A stretch of DNA of 64,000 nucleotides from a virus: positions 7,108 through 71,107 of IMG/VR virus record IMGVR_UViG_3300034104_006814; one strand, written 5' to 3'. The translations under genes and the position numbers were made by a program. The notes under the pieces were generated by a model. The model saw nothing but the letters and a program-made list of their open reading frames with translations, was not told the DNA's origin and ran no database searches. Below are positions 36,828 to 46,850 of this stretch, one piece after another. Numbering within the stretch: the first letter of the stretch is position 1; every line of letters starts with the position of its first letter.

Positions 36828-38419
36828 AAACTATTATAATTCATAATCCTTGCAACGAGCACACAAGATATTATAGAAATTATAATTTATTTTGGGATGC
36901 TTTGACAGACCGCTTAAAAGAAAATTATAATGTAATAGAAAATCGAAATTTTCAATTTGCAAATGTGGGCGCATCTACCATTTTTCTTAAAAAAGGTCTA
37001 AATCGAGAAGAGGGCTTAAAAATTCTTGAATGCGAATATATAATTGAATTTGAAGAAACTGGAGATTTTTATGTTTTATCCGTATCAGATTCTTTGACTT
37101 CAACTATTTTAAATGAGAGGTCCAATCCTTTTTTAAAAAAGGTGCTGGTGTCACAATTTAATAAAAAAGAATTGGAACATCATGTGGGTAAAAATATTGA
37201 TAAATATGAACCTTGGATATACTTTCAATCTCAAGTGTATGACCTTGAAACCATCTATAATAAAAGATTATCTATTGTAAATTTTATTAATAAAATGTAT
37301 TTTCGAGGCACTTCCTTGGAAGATAGAAGTATATTATCTCATATTAATCCAGAATATCTAGAAGGAGTAAGGTGCATTGGTGGACAAGAAGCTTATTTTG
37401 AAGATTTAATTAAATATAAGATAGGTTTGTCTGTTGGAGGAAGAGCCGAAATTTGCTACAGAGATATAGAATACATGGCAATTGGAATTCCATTTATTAG
37501 ATTTAATTATTTAAATGAATTAAATCCTAAATTAATACCAAATTATCATTATATAGCAGTTGAAAGGCCAAATGATTTAAATCTTGATAGGCTGGGCGGT
37601 CCAGAACATGCAAAAATTATTCAAGATAGATTTCTACAAGTAAAAGATGATGAAGAATTTTTAAATTTCATTTCTAAAAATGCGAGAGATTATTATGAAA
37701 AATATTTATCTTTAAATTCTTCAATTGATCATACATTAAATTTATTAAATTTTCAGGAAAAAAATAACGATATGAACGAAGATAAAAATACAGACGAATA
37801 CTATGAAGACATAAAAAGAGGACTATTTAGCTACAATGGAATTGGAATAATGCAAAATCCCAAAATTTCAGTTCCTTTTTTAGAACTTTTTTCACAAAAA
37901 AAACCCAGTCAGATTTTAGAAATTGGAACTGCATATGGAGGATTAACTATTTTTCTAAGAGACTTATTAGATAATCTAAATTTAAAAGATACAATTATTC
38001 GCACCCATGATTTGCATTCAAATAATTGCATACTTTCTCATAAAAACTCTTCAAAAATAGAGATGGTAACAGAAAATCTTTTTGGTTCAAATTATACGAA
38101 ATTAGTTGAAGAAGAAAAAGAAAAGTTAATTAATTTTATTAGAAAGCCTGGCGTTACTATTGTTTTATGCGATGGAGGAAGCAAAAAGAATGAATTTAAT
38201 CTATTATCAGAATTTTTGAAAGAGGGCGATATAATTATGGCTCACGATTACGCGCCATCACTAGAATTTTCTATGGAGAAAATGCAGAATAAAATTTGGA
38301 ATTGGCATGAAATTTTGGATGCTGACATAGAAGAGTCGTGTAAAAAATTTAATTTAACGCCTTTCTTGCAAGAAGAATTTTTAAATGTAGCTTGGGTTTG
38401 TAGACAAAAAAGTAATTAA
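36824..38419 (+). CDS. glycosyltransferase-like domain fused to SAM methyltransferase
   Basis: YFRG...CYRDIEYMAIGIP; ILEIGTAYGGLT...LCDGG...AHDY. Confidence 0.7.
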   Translation: MKTIIIHNPCNEHTRYYRNYNLFWDALTDRLKENYNVIENRNFQFANVGASTIFLKKGLNREEGLKILECEYIIEFEETGDFYVLSVSDSLTSTILNERSNPFLKKVLVSQFNKKELEHHVGKNIDKYEPWIYFQSQVYDLETIYNKRLSIVNFINKMYFRGTSLEDRSILSHINPEYLEGVRCIGGQEAYFEDLIKYKIGLSVGGRAEICYRDIEYMAIGIPFIRFNYLNELNPKLIPNYHYIAVERPNDLNLDRLGGPEHAKIIQDRFLQVKDDEEFLNFISKNARDYYEKYLSLNSSIDHTLNLLNFQEKNNDMNEDKNTDEYYEDIKRGLFSYNGIGIMQNPKISVPFLELFSQKKPSQILEIGTAYGGLTIFLRDLLDNLNLKDTIIRTHDLHSNNCILSHKNSSKIEMVTENLFGSNYTKLVEEEKEKLINFIRKPGVTIVLCDGGSKKNEFNLLSEFLKEGDIIMAHDYAPSLEFSMEKMQNKIWNWHEILDADIEESCKKFNLTPFLQEEFLNVAWVCRQKSN

Positions 38420-38427
38420 ATCTTTTT

Positions 38428-40242
38428 ATGGAATCGTTAAATCAATTTTCCGAAAATAAAAAATATATTCAAAATGAAATATATAATAGTGTTGAAAAAA
38501 TTTTAACTAAAGAATCCATAAATAAAAATGTTTGCGACGAAATTTACAAATCAATAGAAAAAATTTTAAATAAAGAAAATGTTGTTAATGAAACAAATTT
38601 AACAGTAGTTACTGGAATTTGGGATTTAAAAAGAGATCAGGCTGGAGAAGGATTTAAAAGGCCATTTTCTCATTATATTGATAATTTTAAAAAGTTGCTA
38701 AAAACAGATGTGAATATGTTAATTCATATTGAAAAAAAATATGAACATATAGTATGGGAAAACAGAAGCCCTCATAATACAAAAGTAGTCCTAAAAGAAG
38801 TTGATTATTTTCGAAATAATTTTGATTTTTACGATCAAATTCAAAAAATTAGAAATGATGAAAGTTGGGTTAATTCTGCAGAGTGGCTAAAAAATAGCAC
38901 GCAAGCAACATTGGAATTATATAATCCAATGGTTATGTCTAAATTTTTTATGCTGCATGACGCAACATGCTTTAATTATTTCAATACCGATTACTTTTTA
39001 TGGATTGATGGAGGTTTGACCAATACGGTTCACGAAGGATATTTCACTCATGATAAAGTTTTAAATAAAATAACAAAATATTTAAAATCTTTATTTTTCT
39101 TATCATTTCCATATGTTGGAAATGATGAAATTCATGGATTTAGTAGAGAGGGAATGAATAAATTTTGCAATAAAAAATACGTTGATTATGTTTGTAGAGG
39201 AGGTTTGTTTGGAGGTCATAAAGATTTTATTAAAAAACATAATTCAACTTACTATGAAATTTTAAGATCATCTCTTTCAGAAGAATTTATGGGCACAGAA
39301 GAAAGTATATTAACTATACTTTCTCATAAACACCCGAGAGATTGCTCCAGATATATTTTGGATGAAAATGGATTGGTTGGAAAATTCTTTGAAGCATTAA
39401 AAAATGATGAAGTAGAAAAAGATTTAATTTTTGAAAAAGAAAAAAAAGTTTCTTTATATGTTTTAACTTATAATTCTCCAGATCAATTTGAAACATTGAT
39501 TGAAAGCTACTTGAAACATAAAAATTTTGTAACAAAAACAGATAATTACTTAATAGATAACAGTAAAGATTTAAGCACTACAGAAAAATATTTGGAACTA
39601 TGTAAAAAATATAATTTTCAACATATTAAAAAAGATAATATTGGAATATGTGGCGGCAGACAATTTGCAGCTGAACATTTTGAATCCTCAGATTCTGATT
39701 TTTATATCTTTTTGGAGGATGATATGAATTTAATGCCTCCAAATAATTCAGTTTGCAAAAGTGGCTTTTTAAGATATACAGAAAATCTTTTTGAAAAATG
39801 TCTTGAAATAATGACGAAAGAGAAGTATGATTTTCTAAAACTTAGTTTTTCTGAATTTTATGGAACCAATAACATCCAATGGGCTTGGTATAACGTACCT
39901 CAAGATATTAGAGACAAATTTTTTGAGAAGAAGCAGTTGCCACATTTAGGATTAGATCCAGACGCCCCGCACTTAACATTTAAAAATATTAAAGTTTATA
40001 AAAATTTAGCTTATGCAGATGGAGATGTTTATTATTGCAATTGGCCACATTTTATTTCAAAAGATGGAAATAAAAAAATTTTTTTAGATACAAAGTGGGC
40101 ACGCCCATTTGAACAAACATGGATGTCTCATGCATTTCAACTCACAAAAGAAAATAAAATAAATTCAGCAGTCCTACTATTATCTCCAATAGATCACGAA
40201 AGATTCGATCATTATTCAGCAGAAGAAAGGAAAGAAAGTTAA
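38428..40242 (+). CDS. HtrL-like + GT2-like two-domain glycosyltransferase
   Basis: TVVTGIWD, WIDGGL, GGLFGG, GTEE; LYVLTYN, LIDNS, FLEDD. Confidence 0.75.
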   Translation: MESLNQFSENKKYIQNEIYNSVEKILTKESINKNVCDEIYKSIEKILNKENVVNETNLTVVTGIWDLKRDQAGEGFKRPFSHYIDNFKKLLKTDVNMLIHIEKKYEHIVWENRSPHNTKVVLKEVDYFRNNFDFYDQIQKIRNDESWVNSAEWLKNSTQATLELYNPMVMSKFFMLHDATCFNYFNTDYFLWIDGGLTNTVHEGYFTHDKVLNKITKYLKSLFFLSFPYVGNDEIHGFSREGMNKFCNKKYVDYVCRGGLFGGHKDFIKKHNSTYYEILRSSLSEEFMGTEESILTILSHKHPRDCSRYILDENGLVGKFFEALKNDEVEKDLIFEKEKKVSLYVLTYNSPDQFETLIESYLKHKNFVTKTDNYLIDNSKDLSTTEKYLELCKKYNFQHIKKDNIGICGGRQFAAEHFESSDSDFYIFLEDDMNLMPPNNSVCKSGFLRYTENLFEKCLEIMTKEKYDFLKLSFSEFYGTNNIQWAWYNVPQDIRDKFFEKKQLPHLGLDPDAPHLTFKNIKVYKNLAYADGDVYYCNWPHFISKDGNKKIFLDTKWARPFEQTWMSHAFQLTKENKINSAVLLLSPIDHERFDHYSAEERKES

Positions 40243-40419
40243 TATGAAACAAAATACAGTGCCATTTGAATTGGATTTAAACGAATTCCCCAAAGATCTT
40301 CTCATAGAATTTATTATTTACGCTCATGAAAAAGACTTGACATTCAATCAAGCTTTAGTTAAATTGCTTGAGGATTTTCTATCTCTAGAAAATAAAAATC
40401 AATCAGAACTACCATTACA

Positions 40420-40674
40420 GTGAAAAAAATATTTCTACTTGTCGCAGTATTAATAACGTCAGTAACAATCTATATGAATGCAGAATCTCCATTAAAATGT
40501 GAAGTTTGCAACAACGGAATTTTAAAGAAAACAAATAAAACGGCAATTTTTGAACTTTCCGATAATGTTTTAAAACCCAGATTAGATGCAGAATTTTTAA
40601 AGTGCGATCATTGTCAATCTTTTGTACCAACAAAAAATTATAATGCTTATTTTTCAATTCCCGCTCCTAAATAA
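40420..40674 (+). CDS. secreted Cys-pair (Zn-ribbon-like) protein
   Basis: Signal peptide, CEVC...CDHC. Confidence 0.65.
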   Translation: MKKIFLLVAVLITSVTIYMNAESPLKCEVCNNGILKKTNKTAIFELSDNVLKPRLDAEFLKCDHCQSFVPTKNYNAYFSIPAPK

Positions 40675-40742
40675 CTAAAACTTAACAAAAATCAAAAACA
40701 CGCACTTGACATAAGTTCTTGTGCGTGTTATTTTTTGGCACT

Positions 40743-41030
40743 ATGAAAAAAATCCTCCTTGTTTTAACTCCTCTCGTGTTGCTCGGCATGAAGTTTGAAC
40801 AGACCGAAGAAATTAAACCAGCAAAAGAAGAGTTTAAAATAAAAGAAATTGTTTACCCTTCGGCGCAATGCGCAGCAGCTATAAGCAATAATCAAATTCA
40901 GGTAAGCGGCGATGACGTGGCTCCTTATGCTCACTGCAACACTTGCGGTTACGGAGCATTTCTAGGAGATGAAGGCAATGAAAAATGCACATACTGTGGA
41001 GTCAAAAAAAACTACGCTTCCAGAAAATAG
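40743..41030 (+). CDS. secreted Cys-pair (Zn-ribbon-like) protein
   Basis: MKKILLVL signal, CNTC...CTYC; TTGACA promoter. Confidence 0.7.
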   Translation: MKKILLVLTPLVLLGMKFEQTEEIKPAKEEFKIKEIVYPSAQCAAAISNNQIQVSGDDVAPYAHCNTCGYGAFLGDEGNEKCTYCGVKKNYASRK

Positions 41031-41244
41031 CGTAAAGATCCAAGATATATTATATTGGAACGCATTCACTCAACTTTTCGAAGAGCACGAAGAATCTTCG
41101 TGGTATGATCTAAGTTACCAAGAATTAGATGTAATGTGGCTTGGTTTAAAAGAAATATCTTTCGAATCCGACTCTGGCCACAGAGTTTTTGAAGTAATTG
41201 ATAAAAAAAAATATCTCTGGGCTAAATTGAAATATGGAATCTAA
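40969..41244 (+). CDS. paralogue-family protein
   Basis: Ends FEVIDKKKYLWAKLKYGI; start uncertain. Confidence 0.75.
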   Translation: MKAMKNAHTVESKKTTLPENSVKIQDILYWNAFTQLFEEHEESSWYDLSYQELDVMWLGLKEISFESDSGHRVFEVIDKKKYLWAKLKYGI

Positions 41245-41530
41245 AAAACAATTTCCTCTTCTAAAAATAGAAAGAGAAAAATATTGGGATATAGTTTATT
41301 CTTGCCTAAGCAAAAAGACAAAAGAATCCTACGAAGATTTTGGCGATTGGTTTGAAAGCGATAATTCTGTTTTATTTAGTCATTTAGTAGATTACAGAAT
41401 GGGTCTTCGAATTTGTAGAGAAGAAGAAGATGGAGACTTTTACGGAGATGAAGATTATCACCATGTATTTTATTTCAATATAATTGATCAGAAAAAGTGT
41501 TTGTGGGCTAGACTAAAATATGGAATATAA
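41234..41530 (+). CDS. paralogue-family protein
   Basis: Ends FNIIDQKKCLWARLKYGI. Confidence 0.8.
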   Translation: MESKKQFPLLKIEREKYWDIVYSCLSKKTKESYEDFGDWFESDNSVLFSHLVDYRMGLRICREEEDGDFYGDEDYHHVFYFNIIDQKKCLWARLKYGI

Positions 41531-41759
41531 AATTAAATCTTCCACATTTTGGACAAATATAAAAAATGTATACAATCATAGTGACGACTGGCATCTTGCT
41601 GAGAAAAAAATTCAAAAAATTACTCAAAAAGAATTGGGTCTAAAATTTATAGAAACTTTTTATTCGGACGAGCTAGATCGCCCTTATGACTCTATATTTC
41701 TTTTTGAGGTTGTAGATCAAAATAAATTTCTCTGGGCTAAATTAAAATATGGAATATAA
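41520..41759 (+). CDS. paralogue-family protein
   Basis: Ends FEVVDQNKFLWAKLKYGI. Confidence 0.8.
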   Translation: MEYKIKSSTFWTNIKNVYNHSDDWHLAEKKIQKITQKELGLKFIETFYSDELDRPYDSIFLFEVVDQNKFLWAKLKYGI

Positions 41760-41985
41760 ATCTACTTCATTTGGAGTAACTGTTGACCATGATTTAAGTT
41801 TGGACGAAATTGAAAATGTTCATCGTTTTTGGAGAGAATATAGAGAACAAGATTTTTTTCTTTATATGACTTGGAATGAATTTAAAGATTTAATCGGTTT
41901 AAGTCACATGCATGACAGGCTTCCAAGATGGAAGATTGAAAACAAAGAAAAATGGATTTGGGCAAAACTTAAACATGGAATTTGA
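41749..41985 (+). CDS. paralogue-family protein
   Basis: Ends WKIENKEKWIWAKLKHGI. Confidence 0.8.
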   Translation: MEYKSTSFGVTVDHDLSLDEIENVHRFWREYREQDFFLYMTWNEFKDLIGLSHMHDRLPRWKIENKEKWIWAKLKHGI

Positions 41986-42175
41986 TCAAATTAATATTTA
42001 TTGTAAAACTTACGACGACCTTTGTTTTAAACTTGGCCAAGAATTAGATATTTCTTTTGAAGAAATAGATTATAAATTTGGTTTGGTTTTTGTAAAAACA
42101 TTGGGAGAAATTTATACTTTTGAAGTTAGAGATAAGGGTAAATATTTAATGGCAAAATTGAAATACGATATTTAA
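41975..42175 (+). CDS. paralogue-family protein
   Basis: Starts MEFDQ at 41975, ends FEVRDKGKYLMAKLKYDI. Confidence 0.8.
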   Translation: MEFDQINIYCKTYDDLCFKLGQELDISFEEIDYKFGLVFVKTLGEIYTFEVRDKGKYLMAKLKYDI

Positions 42176-42176
42176 T

Positions 42177-42536
42177 ATGGGATTAGATTCATTTTTAAAA
42201 TATGTTGATATAAAAGACGCAATTGACGATTTTACTGTCGCACAAGACAGTAGAATGAATGAATTTAGATATTGGAGAAAACATCATCCTTTACATAATT
42301 GGATGCGAAGACTTTTTGTAAGAAAGGGCGGAGATTTATCAGTTAATCAATTCAATTGTGATAATGTTAGAGTAACAATTCAAGATTTAGAATCATTAAA
42401 AAATGATATGGACTGGCATGATGAATATGGAGATGATTACGACCATCGGTATAATGATCTAGCATTTGCAGATGAGGCAATTTTTTTTCTCAAAAAAAAT
42501 CCAGATAAAACTTTCTATTTTTATAGTTGGTATTAA
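42177..42536 (+). CDS. hypothetical phage protein
   Basis: MGLD...YWRKHHPLHNWM...FNC...YSW motif. Confidence 0.8.
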   Translation: MGLDSFLKYVDIKDAIDDFTVAQDSRMNEFRYWRKHHPLHNWMRRLFVRKGGDLSVNQFNCDNVRVTIQDLESLKNDMDWHDEYGDDYDHRYNDLAFADEAIFFLKKNPDKTFYFYSWY

Positions 42537-42589
42537 TTTTTCAACAAACCTCTTGATTTGTCAAAATTTTCACCTATAGTGGCCTCACC

Positions 42590-42805
42590 ATGAGCTTAAC
42601 ATCTATCAAAACCCTCTGCACTTGCTGCCAGCAACCACTGACTTGCGAATGGCCAAATCAAATGAATTGGCAAGGCGAAACTGTATCCGCTATCGAATAC
42701 ATGGTTCATGCATTAAATTCTGATGATGTGCAAATTTTATGTGATCAATGTTTAGATGAGTTACCAGAAGTTGAAATGGAAAGCATGGAAGTAGAATATA
42801 TTTAA
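42590..42805 (+). CDS. small Cys-containing acidic protein
   Basis: CTCC...CDQC; TTGATT..TATAGT promoter. Confidence 0.7.
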   Translation: MSLTSIKTLCTCCQQPLTCEWPNQMNWQGETVSAIEYMVHALNSDDVQILCDQCLDELPEVEMESMEVEYI

Positions 42806-42806
42806 T

Positions 42807-43121
42807 ATGAAACAATACGTTAAATTAACTAAAATTAAAGCCTCTGAAAATCCCGAGTATCCAACTCCGCATTGGAACACTTATAAACATGGAACTATAA
42901 ATAAAAATACTTCCATACCGATTGATTATTGGGTAGAAGGTTATTTGATCAAGCCAATTGAGGTGGGTCAATCTGTAGCTATTGATAGAACCGTTAGAAA
43001 TGGCGAAAGAGTTTCTGGCATTATGGTAACTTCAAAGATTATTGAGATCAATGGAGGTATTTTAGAGACTTTAAATTCAATTTATAAGATTGAATATTTG
43101 GAAGAAAATTCAGTAAAGTGA
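42807..43121 (+). CDS. hypothetical protein
   Basis: ends ETLNSIYKIE. Confidence 0.7.
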   Translation: MKQYVKLTKIKASENPEYPTPHWNTYKHGTINKNTSIPIDYWVEGYLIKPIEVGQSVAIDRTVRNGERVSGIMVTSKIIEINGGILETLNSIYKIEYLEENSVK

Positions 43122-43157
43122 GTTGACTTTGGTAAATGTTTGCCGTATATTGCACCT

Positions 43158-43391
43158 ATGAGTCCAAGCATCCTTGTTAAAGATTGCAACACGCAACAGT
43201 TCGTTAAAATTTTCGCTACCTCCAGCGATCTTACTGCTTTCCTTGCCAGCGAAAAGCAGTTGGGTGTAGACATTGCCGATAGATATTTAGTTTATAAATT
43301 TGCTGTTGATCAGGTTTTTTGCGCGGACGAAGCTCTTGATGCAATCAAGAGTTTCGGTTACCTTCCAAGCTATGACGAATATCAAGCCTAA
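43158..43391 (+). CDS. hypothetical protein
   Basis: ATG 6 nt after TATATT -10 box. Confidence 0.65.
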   Translation: MSPSILVKDCNTQQFVKIFATSSDLTAFLASEKQLGVDIADRYLVYKFAVDQVFCADEALDAIKSFGYLPSYDEYQA

Positions 43392-43395
43392 TAAC

Positions 43396-43563
43396 ATGGA
43401 AAAGTTCAACCTTGATATCACAATTGAATCCTGCGAAAGTGAAGACGTATACATGCTTCATTCGCGAGTAATGAAATGCTGCTACCCAGTCAAAAAAGAA
43501 CATATCTTTTCTGAGGTTGAAGATCTGATCAAGGAGTACATCGACATCCAATCTAGCTATTAA
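43396..43563 (+). CDS. hypothetical protein
   Basis: MEKFNLDITIES in operon. Confidence 0.55.
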   Translation: MEKFNLDITIESCESEDVYMLHSRVMKCCYPVKKEHIFSEVEDLIKEYIDIQSSY

Positions 43564-43564
43564 T

Positions 43565-43888
43565 ATGAAATATATTGCATTGTTTTTATTGTTCTGCGTA
43601 AACTGTTCAGCTAACGAAGGTGTAGCATCATGGTATGGAAGAGAAAACAGAATCAGTTCTACTGGCAAGCCTCTCAATAATAAACTTTTTGCAGCTGCTC
43701 ATAGGCACCTACCTATCGGTAGTAAAGTAAAAGTCACATCAATCAGAACAAAGAAATCTGTTGTTGTGGTAATTGAAGATCGCGGACCTTATGCAAAATC
43801 AAGAATTATTGATTTAAATTATCTTGCCGCAAAAAAGTTGGGCATTCTTAAATGTGGGATCACTAAGGTCAAATTAGAAAGAATTTAA
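43565..43888 (+). CDS. rlpA: RlpA-like double-psi beta-barrel (lytic transglycosylase) protein
   Basis: GVASWYG, AAHRHLPIG, VVVIEDRGPY, RIIDL. Confidence 0.9.
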   Translation: MKYIALFLLFCVNCSANEGVASWYGRENRISSTGKPLNNKLFAAAHRHLPIGSKVKVTSIRTKKSVVVVIEDRGPYAKSRIIDLNYLAAKKLGILKCGITKVKLERI

Positions 43889-43889
43889 T

Positions 43890-44734
43890 ATGAAAAAATG
43901 GCCACAGGTTGGTGCTAAAATAAAGTATAATGGTATTGGCACTTTCTGGTTTAATGATATTGTTAATAACGCTCGCGAAAACTTAGAAGTTGGTAAAATT
44001 TATACAATAAGAACAATAAAAGTTCTTTCTAGTTGGTGCAGTATTACGTTAGAAGAAACAGGTAATATAGTTTATTCCCTTAATTTTTTTGATTATGAAG
44101 CATAAAATTGTTGTTCAAGATTATTATCAAGAGTGTGGAGAAGGATGCTGCGTAGAGTACGGACATCTATGGTTTGTTGATGGTAATCATATTCACAGCA
44201 GCCCATGCCAAGACAGCGGATGGTTAGCTGTTTTAAATTATTTAGGAATTGAAGCTGAGTTGGTTGGTAAGAATGAAAACGGAGAAGAAACTTGGTCGCT
44301 TTAACATGAAGATTATACTCAATAATTATAAATATATTGAGAAAATTTTTAAGATTAAGTTTTTAAAGCCCGAAATTAAAATCCATAAAAATGGATTTAT
44401 TTCTGTTGTGGTTGATTGGTCCACAAAGAATTGTGACGAAGGAGAAGGTTATAAATTTAAATATGTTGAACTGGCTTACAGTAGTTCTGGTGGATTAGTT
44501 TACCTACCGACAAGAAAGAAGCCTCTTTATAATCTTAGAACTGCATCTTTTGATTTTGAAGATCTTAAAGATCATTCATTGAAACAGCCTCCGTTTGATA
44601 TCACCATAGCTTCCGACAAAGAAGACAATGATTACGATTATTTATTTTTCCATAACACAAAGTATGGAATAATTTGTTGGTTTGCACCAAGAGGTTGGGA
44701 AGATTGGGATAACGCAGTAGATTTCAAACAATAA
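43890..44734 (+). other. three small hypothetical CDS (43890-44105, 44095-44304, 44306-44734)
   Basis: Contiguous + strand ORFs. Confidence 0.6.
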
Positions 44735-44737
44735 ATT

Positions 44738-45256
44738 ATGAATAAAATATCTCAAGAACCTGTAGTTGATGTTTATAATTTTATTTATAATATATCTTAT
44801 AATATGTTGGAATGCCATCATGTTTCATTAGACATGGCTCAAAGCATTTATTTAAAATATCTTAAAAAGCTAGAAGAAAATCCAGAAATGGATGAAAACT
44901 ATAAAAGATTTTGGCTAATAAGAGTTGTAAAAAACAAATGCTCAAATTACGTAAGAGATAATAAAAAATTTTCATCTTTAGATTCTTTAGATTCGATTGA
45001 TTTTACGCTTGCTATTGATCAATCCCCTAATCCACAAGAAGCTTTAGAACAAAACGAAGAAAAAGATTGTTTGTATAAAAAATTAAGAGATAATATAGCC
45101 AAACTTCCAATTGATCAAAGAAAAGTTTTAAATTTAAAATACGATCAACAACTTCGCTGCGAAGAGATTTCCAAGAAAACTGGATTTACTGTGTCCAAGA
45201 TAAAATGCGTGATACATAGAGCCAAAACAACCCTGAGAAAAAAAATGACAAGATGA
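44738..45256 (+). CDS. second ECF-type sigma-70 factor
   Basis: DMAQSIYLK, WLIRVVKNKCSNYVR, LPIDQRKVL...EEISKKTG...IHRAKTTLR. Confidence 0.85.
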   Translation: MNKISQEPVVDVYNFIYNISYNMLECHHVSLDMAQSIYLKYLKKLEENPEMDENYKRFWLIRVVKNKCSNYVRDNKKFSSLDSLDSIDFTLAIDQSPNPQEALEQNEEKDCLYKKLRDNIAKLPIDQRKVLNLKYDQQLRCEEISKKTGFTVSKIKCVIHRAKTTLRKKMTR

Positions 45257-46495
45257 AAAAGCCGACTCAAAAACAAAAAATTGAAATGTATGAAAAATTT
45301 ATTGATAATCTTGCTCTATATGCCGAAGTGGGTAATGCTAAATTATTATGGACATTAATTGATAACGCTGCAGAATTTTCTTATGCTCATAGAGTTGGCA
45401 ATGGAGAGTACGAAGAAGAACAGCAAGAAAAAATTATTGCAGCAAAGTTTTGGAATCTAACAACAGTTCCAGATGTATTTTTATGAATTATACAAAAATT
45501 GGCGCGCTGCCGACACATAGGTATATCTGGGTCGATAGTAAGTACACTCACGAAAAGCCAGAGGGTCTTGTTGAGGCTATGTGGGTAGGGCTAACATCCA
45601 TTCCTGGACGGGCATGGGGCATCAATGTCATTCTCCGCGATGGAGGCGCGTTGTACCGCAATATACCTCCTCATGCGATAGCTTTCTGCAATGCATCCCT
45701 CATCGAATGGCACATCAGTGATGCTCAGTTGTGGGATTGTTATAGTTATAATTTTTCAATATTGCAGAATCCTATCATGCGAGGCATGGAAGTAACTGCA
45801 AAAATAAATAGCGAAACCATCTTGCATGGAGAATACCTTTTCTCAGTTACGCATTTGCACGATGGTTGGTCCGACTCGCCAGATCAAGACAAAGAATTTA
45901 TCTTCATAAAGCTTGACAATGGTAGACTAACAATTCAACCTACTAACAAAGTTCTCTTTATTGATCCGAGTTTTGTCACTCCAAGAATACCACAATTAAA
46001 ATTACAAGAACAAATATACTCCTGCGAATAATATGGGACACTCAAACTACGAACTAACAGACGAACAGAAGAAAGCATTGGATTTCATTGCTGAGATCTT
46101 CATTGATAAAATTGAAGATGCATTGGCAGATGATGCTGGAGGCATTCTAGATCCATATGTAGGCAGAGAGTTAGACAACAATAAACTCACTGCAATGGTA
46201 TGGTACGTTGGTGATTATATTTCTGCTTCTTAATATGAATCTACTTAAATTAACAATAGCTAATGGACCTGAAAAAGGTGGTTCTCTTTATCTCAACAAA
46301 GACAAGATCTGTGGTTTCACTCCAATCATATGTCTATTGGGACCAGCTTCAGAGTACGGAAAAGAAAAAGGTTCTAATGTTTTAATGGAATGCCATCGTT
46401 CATACGAGGTTGAAGAAAAGGTTGAAGATATTTGTAAAATGTTAGAAAGCAGTAATGGTTATCTTCAGATAACTTCTATGCCTAAGAAAGATTAA
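45253..46495 (+). other. four small hypothetical CDS (45253-45486, 45483-46031, 46033-46233, 46235-46495)
   Basis: Contiguous coupled ORFs. Confidence 0.65.
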
Positions 46496-46496
46496 T

Positions 46497-46850
46497 ATGA
46501 GAACAATCAAGTTTAGGATGTGGTCAAAAGAAGCAAAGAAATTCTTTTATGATCCAGAAAATGTGTACGAGTGTTTAAAGTTTAGTCAATTGCCTGCTAC
46601 AGCAAATTTATACCAAGATATGGTATGGCAACAATTCACTGGATTTTACGATAAAGGAGGACAAGAGATTTACGAGGGAGACATCGTAAAAGATACATTC
46701 TATCAAGAGATTACTGCAAAAATTGTTTACAATTTGGGTTGCTTTTGGTTAGATAGTAGTCATCTTGGAGAAGATCGTGAAAGAGAACTTTATGATTCAG
46801 GTCATTTAAACATTGAAGTAGTAGGAAACATTTTTGAAAATGAAATTTAA
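46497..46850 (+). CDS. YopX family protein
   Basis: MRTIKFRMW, QFTGFYDKGGQEIYEGDIV, EVVGNIFEN. Confidence 0.92.
   Translation: MRTIKFRMWSKEAKKFFYDPENVYECLKFSQLPATANLYQDMVWQQFTGFYDKGGQEIYEGDIVKDTFYQEITAKIVYNLGCFWLDSSHLGEDRERELYDSGHLNIEVVGNIFENEI

Noticed and set aside
40969-42175. Diversity-generating retroelement or shufflon
   Set aside because: No reverse transcriptase, no template/variable repeat pair with adenine-specific changes, no inverted segments.
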